The notes under the pieces were generated by a model, which was not told the DNA's origin, searched no databases, and saw only the letters and a list, made by a program, of their open reading frames with translations. Below are positions 60,132 to 64,000 of a DNA stretch of 64,000 nt, piece after piece. The DNA comes from Arcobacteraceae bacterium (lineage in GTDB: Bacteria > Campylobacterota > Campylobacteria > Campylobacterales > Arcobacteraceae). Location of the stretch: NCBI GenBank assembly GCA_965224485.1, contig CBDCZH010000010.1, positions 320,001 through 384,000 on the forward strand, written 5' to 3'. A program made the translations under genes and the position numbers. How positions within the stretch are numbered: the stretch's first letter is position 1; the number at the start of each line of letters is the position of its first letter.

Positions 60132-63100
60132 ATGCCTAATTCTGAAATCAATGCGCTTTGTTCGCAACTTCTTACTGCAAATGACTTAAAAATATCTAAA
60201 GAACTTTTTTTAAAATTACAAAATGATGATATAGTAACTTCTATTTTTGAAAACAATGATTTACGTTCAATTAAAATATTTTCAAAAACAAAACTTTATT
60301 TAACCCAAATTACTCCTATCTTACATGATATGGGTTTTGTTATTATTGATGAAGTTACTTATGAAATTATTCAAGATAAAATCAAAGTATATGTAAGTAG
60401 ATTCAATCTTAGTTTAGAAGATACTAAAAAAATCCAAAAAGCAAGTGAAAATATAGAGTATGTTTTATCTCAAACTCTAAAAAGTGATGTTATAAAAAAT
60501 TGTAAATTGTATACTTTAGTTTATGATGAAAATTTTTCAATTAAAAAGATTTTCTTACTAAGAGCTTTAATTGAATACTTAGATCAAGCTGCTCTAAATT
60601 TAAATAGTGTAACTATTAGCAATACCTTGAAAAAACATCATAAAATTTCTTCTTTATTTGTAAATTATTTTATGTCTAAGTTTAACCCTATGATAAAAAA
60701 TAGGAAGACCCTGCTTAGTAGTATTACTACTGAAATAGAAGATAGTATTAAACTTATTCCTGACATTATTGATGATCGAATTTTAAAAATTATGTTTGAG
60801 CTTTTAAAATCACTTTTAAGAACAAATTTTTATTTAAATAAAGAAGCAATATCTTTTAAAATTAATACAAAAGAATTTTCACAAAACTTAAAAGGTTTAC
60901 AACCAAATCTAGAGAGTTTTGTTTATCACCCAGATTTTTACGGAGTACACTTACGAATGAGTAAGATTAGTAGGGGTGGTTTGAGATGGAGTGAAAGACA
61001 TGATGATTATAGGCAAGAGATAAAATCACTTATGATTACGCAAGAAAGTAAAAACTCTATTATTATTCCAGATGGTGCCAAGGGTGGTTTTGTTATTAAC
61101 AAAGAAAGTAGCGAAATTACAAAAGAATTTTTTACTAAAATTTATTCTTTATATATAAACTCTATGCTTGATTTAGTTGATAATATGGAAGATTCAAAAG
61201 TGATCAAAAATAAAAATATAATTGCATATGATGACGATGATGCTTATTTTGTAGTTGCAGCTGATAAAGGAACAGCAGCTATGAGTGATATTGCTAATGA
61301 TATTGCAAAGAGTAGAAACTTTTGGTTAGGTGATGCTTTTGCTTCTGGTGGGTCTAATGGTTATGGACATAAAGACTTAGGAATAACAGCAAAAGGTTCA
61401 ATTGAATCAACTAAAAGATTTTTTTTGGAAGAAGGAATTGATATTTACAAAGATGAAATTTCTGTTATAGGTTTAGGTTCTATGAATGGAGATGTTTTTG
61501 GTAATGGTATGATTGAATCTGATAAATTTAAATTAATTGCAGCTATTGCACATAAAGAGATTTTTATTGATCCAAATCCTGATTTAAAAACTGCTTATAT
61601 AGAGAGAAAAAGACTTTTTAATGAAAAAGACTCTTCTTGGAAAAAATACAATAATAAACTAATTTCAAAAGGTGGGGGTATTTTTTCAAGAAAAGATAAA
61701 GAAATACTTTTAAGTTCTGAAATTAAAACTCTTTTAAATACTAATAAAAAAGTATTAAGTGGTGAAGAATTAGCAAAAAAACTTTTATGTCTAGATGTTG
61801 ATTTATTGTTTAACGCAGGTGTTGGAACTTATGTTAAAGCAAGTGAGGAAAACTCTTTAGATATAGGTGATAAACAAAACGAAGCTTTACGTATAGATGC
61901 ACAAGAGTTAAAAGCAAGAATAGTTTGTGAAGGTGGAAATTTAGGTTTTACTCAAAAAGCTAGAATAGAGTTTGCTTTAAATGGTGGAAAGATTAACTTA
62001 GATGCTATTGATAATGCAGCTGGTGTTAATACTTCAGATAGAGAAGTAAATTTAAAAATACTTTTAAATATAATTAAAAATGATGGTTTATTAACACAAG
62101 AAGAAGCAAATACTAGTTTACACTCTTTAACTTCACAAGTTGTAGAAATGGTTTTAGATAATAACTATAAGCAAGCCTTAGCTATTTCTATAGATGAGAG
62201 ATTTTCAAGACGTTATTTAAGTGACTTTTTACGTTCAATTGAGGTTTTAGAAAATAATTTATTAGCTTTTAAAAGAAGTAATTTAAATATTCCTAAAAAT
62301 GAAAGTATTAAAAATATTATTGATAAAAATGCTTCCATTGTTCGTCCTGTTTTAGGATCTCTTTTATCATCTTGTAAAATTTTAGTAAAAAATATTTTAA
62401 TGGAAAGTACTTTAATTGATGAAACTTTTGCTTTAAAATTTCTATATTCATATTTTCCAAAAACATATGCAAGCTCTTACAAAAATGAGATAAATAAACA
62501 TCCATTAAAAAGAGAAATAATAGCAACTTGTATAGCAGATTTTTTAATTAACTCTCAAGGAGTTACCTTTGTAGGTGATTATGATAAGTTAGGAGCTTTT
62601 AAATTTATTAATAAAATAAAATCTTTTATAATAGTAAACGATCTTTTTGATTCAGTAAAAATTAAAGATTTAATAGCTTTAAATGATTATAAAATTGATA
62701 TAAAAACTCAGTATAAACTTATTAATAAATTAGAATATATTATTTATGCTAGTACTAGATGGATGGTTAAATATTTAAAACAGAATCAATTAGATATAAA
62801 TCATATTTTAGATCATAAAAAAGAACTCTTTTTACTCTTAAGTTCTGTCCATAAACAAAATTTAATTGTTTATTTAGAAGGTGAAGATAAGTTTAATGAA
62901 TTTTTTTCTGTAATTGATTATCTTAGATTTGCAGTTGCTGCAATTAATGTAAAAGAGAATTCAAATCATAGTTTTAAAGATGTTGTAGTTTTATTTTATT
63001 GTTTAATTCATGAGTTTAATATCTTAGATATTATTGTTGCTTTAAATAGAGTTGATATTTTAAATAAAAGTGATATGACTTTAAGAACACAAGTATTACA

Positions 63101-63317
63101 ATTTGTTGAGTTTATTGTTGTTAATTATACAAAAAAGATTCTTGATTTTAAAAGAGTAAATGAAGAACCAGAATTAGCTTTTAGTAATTTTATAAATAAT
63201 GATAAAGAAACTTTTCTAAAAGTAAAAAATAATTTAAATAGATTTATGAAAAATGACAATAAAGATATTAAAGATATCACAATTACAGTGAATCAATTAA
63301 TGGTATCACTAATATAA
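60132..63317 (+). CDS. large NAD-specific glutamate dehydrogenase
   Basis: GVHLR..RGGLRWS, GAKGGF, YFVVAADKGTA, WLGDAFASGGS, EGGNLG.TQ. Confidence 0.92.
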   Translation: MPNSEINALCSQLLTANDLKISKELFLKLQNDDIVTSIFENNDLRSIKIFSKTKLYLTQITPILHDMGFVIIDEVTYEIIQDKIKVYVSRFNLSLEDTKKIQKASENIEYVLSQTLKSDVIKNCKLYTLVYDENFSIKKIFLLRALIEYLDQAALNLNSVTISNTLKKHHKISSLFVNYFMSKFNPMIKNRKTLLSSITTEIEDSIKLIPDIIDDRILKIMFELLKSLLRTNFYLNKEAISFKINTKEFSQNLKGLQPNLESFVYHPDFYGVHLRMSKISRGGLRWSERHDDYRQEIKSLMITQESKNSIIIPDGAKGGFVINKESSEITKEFFTKIYSLYINSMLDLVDNMEDSKVIKNKNIIAYDDDDAYFVVAADKGTAAMSDIANDIAKSRNFWLGDAFASGGSNGYGHKDLGITAKGSIESTKRFFLEEGIDIYKDEISVIGLGSMNGDVFGNGMIESDKFKLIAAIAHKEIFIDPNPDLKTAYIERKRLFNEKDSSWKKYNNKLISKGGGIFSRKDKEILLSSEIKTLLNTNKKVLSGEELAKKLLCLDVDLLFNAGVGTYVKASEENSLDIGDKQNEALRIDAQELKARIVCEGGNLGFTQKARIEFALNGGKINLDAIDNAAGVNTSDREVNLKILLNIIKNDGLLTQEEANTSLHSLTSQVVEMVLDNNYKQALAISIDERFSRRYLSDFLRSIEVLENNLLAFKRSNLNIPKNESIKNIIDKNASIVRPVLGSLLSSCKILVKNILMESTLIDETFALKFLYSYFPKTYASSYKNEINKHPLKREIIATCIADFLINSQGVTFVGDYDKLGAFKFINKIKSFIIVNDLFDSVKIKDLIALNDYKIDIKTQYKLINKLEYIIYASTRWMVKYLKQNQLDINHILDHKKELFLLLSSVHKQNLIVYLEGEDKFNEFFSVIDYLRFAVAAINVKENSNHSFKDVVVLFYCLIHEFNILDIIVALNRVDILNKSDMTLRTQVLQFVEFIVVNYTKKILDFKRVNEEPELAFSNFINNDKETFLKVKNNLNRFMKNDNKDIKDITITVNQLMVSLI

Positions 63318-63327
63318 AGGATTAAAT

Positions 63328-63537
63328 ATGTCAAAGAATAAAGGCGAGCCTAGTTTAGAAAAGATTGATGACTTTAAAGGTAAAGAGAGTAAAAGCAAGA
63401 GAAATACTGTGCGTTTAGTTATTATTTCTCTTTTGATAATAGGTATAGTATTATCTTATATAAAAAGTGATAACTCTAAAGTTGATGATTATATTGGAGT
63501 AAAAGATAAACCAGGAATTGATATTTCTAAAAAGTAG
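63328..63537 (+). CDS. small single-TM hypothetical protein
   Basis: AAGGA SD; one hydrophobic helix. Confidence 0.7.
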   Translation: MSKNKGEPSLEKIDDFKGKESKSKRNTVRLVIISLLIIGIVLSYIKSDNSKVDDYIGVKDKPGIDISKK

Positions 63538-63563
63538 TAGTTAAAAGAAACTTACTACTTTTT
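63529..63563. terminator. bidirectional terminator hairpin
   Basis: AAAAAGTAGTA...TACTACTTTTT between convergent genes. Confidence 0.6.
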
Positions 63564-63575
63564 ATAGTTTTTATT

Positions 63576-64000
63576 TTATAGTTTTAAAGAAAACTTTGCT
63601 TTGGTATTTTCACTACCTTCACTGGATGAATTTATCATCCAAATTGAAAAGATGTCTAAGTATTTCCAAAAAGATTCTATTAATTCTTCTTCTAAATTTG
63701 TTTTTTCTAAAGCTTTGGCAAATGTTTCTAACCAAACTATTCTAGCTTCTGGTGTTATTTTAAAAGGGGCATGACGTGCGGCCATTCTAGGAGCTCCTCT
63801 GCTTTGATCAAAGTATCTAGGGCCTCCACAGATTTGTATAAAAAAGTCTGCTGCATGTTTTTTTGCTAAGTTTAGTATTTTGTCATCTTTAGGAAATAAA
63901 TTCTTAATAGAGCTTATTTTTAAAAACTCATAATGATCACTTATTAACTCTCTCATTCCTTCTTCACTTAACTTTTCTAAAATTTCTATTTTAGGTAGTT
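63576..64000 (-). CDS. truncated (2/2) globin, 5' end outside window
   Basis: FFIQICGGP..F...RG.PRM..RH.PF.I....R..WL; frame stays open to the window edge (LPKIEILEKLSEEGM). Confidence 0.85.
   Translation of the reverse strand, partial: LPKIEILEKLSEEGMRELISDHYEFLKISSIKNLFPKDDKILNLAKKHAADFFIQICGGPRYFDQSRGAPRMAARHAPFKITPEARIVWLETFAKALEKTNLEEELIESFWKYLDIFSIWMINSSSEGSENTKAKFSLKL

Noticed and set aside
20428..62526. Remaining overlapping ORFs in the track (e.g. 24082-24411, 50302-50667, 55350-55766, 59228-59827)
   Set aside because: Fully overlap well-supported genes on the opposite strand or frame, with no motifs or SD

Overview
AT-rich Campylobacterota chromosome segment, most consistent with Arcobacteraceae based on ribosomal protein sequences and gene content. 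1-4.4 kb is an accessory region. It holds a coupled three-gene operon (a small Cys-rich protein resembling the colicin Z C-terminal domain plus two exported SecDF-head-like paralogs), a ~1.25 kb non-coding array of highly structured, covarying, inverted and tandem ~230-nt modules, and a pentapeptide-repeat membrane protein. 4.8-15.5 kb is the S10-spc ribosomal operon (rpsJ to secY-map-infA). The remainder is housekeeping, sensory and metabolic: aspS, adk, NIT-domain chemoreceptor, alr, uvrC, pfkA, lactate permease, xth, two two-component systems, a TAXI-TRAP/LUD/lhgO locus, ppaC, ybaK, AlkC-like glycosylase, large NAD-GDH and a truncated globin. Other notable items are an SRAP protein with Pro replacing the catalytic Cys2, an ERIC-like palindrome at the uvrC promoter, a frameshifted HEPN-motif gene, an apparently autoregulated mini-HTH gene followed by a 101-bp stem-loop, and several readable operator sites. 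No rRNA, tRNA, CRISPR array or transposase was seen. All family calls are from motif recognition, not database searches.
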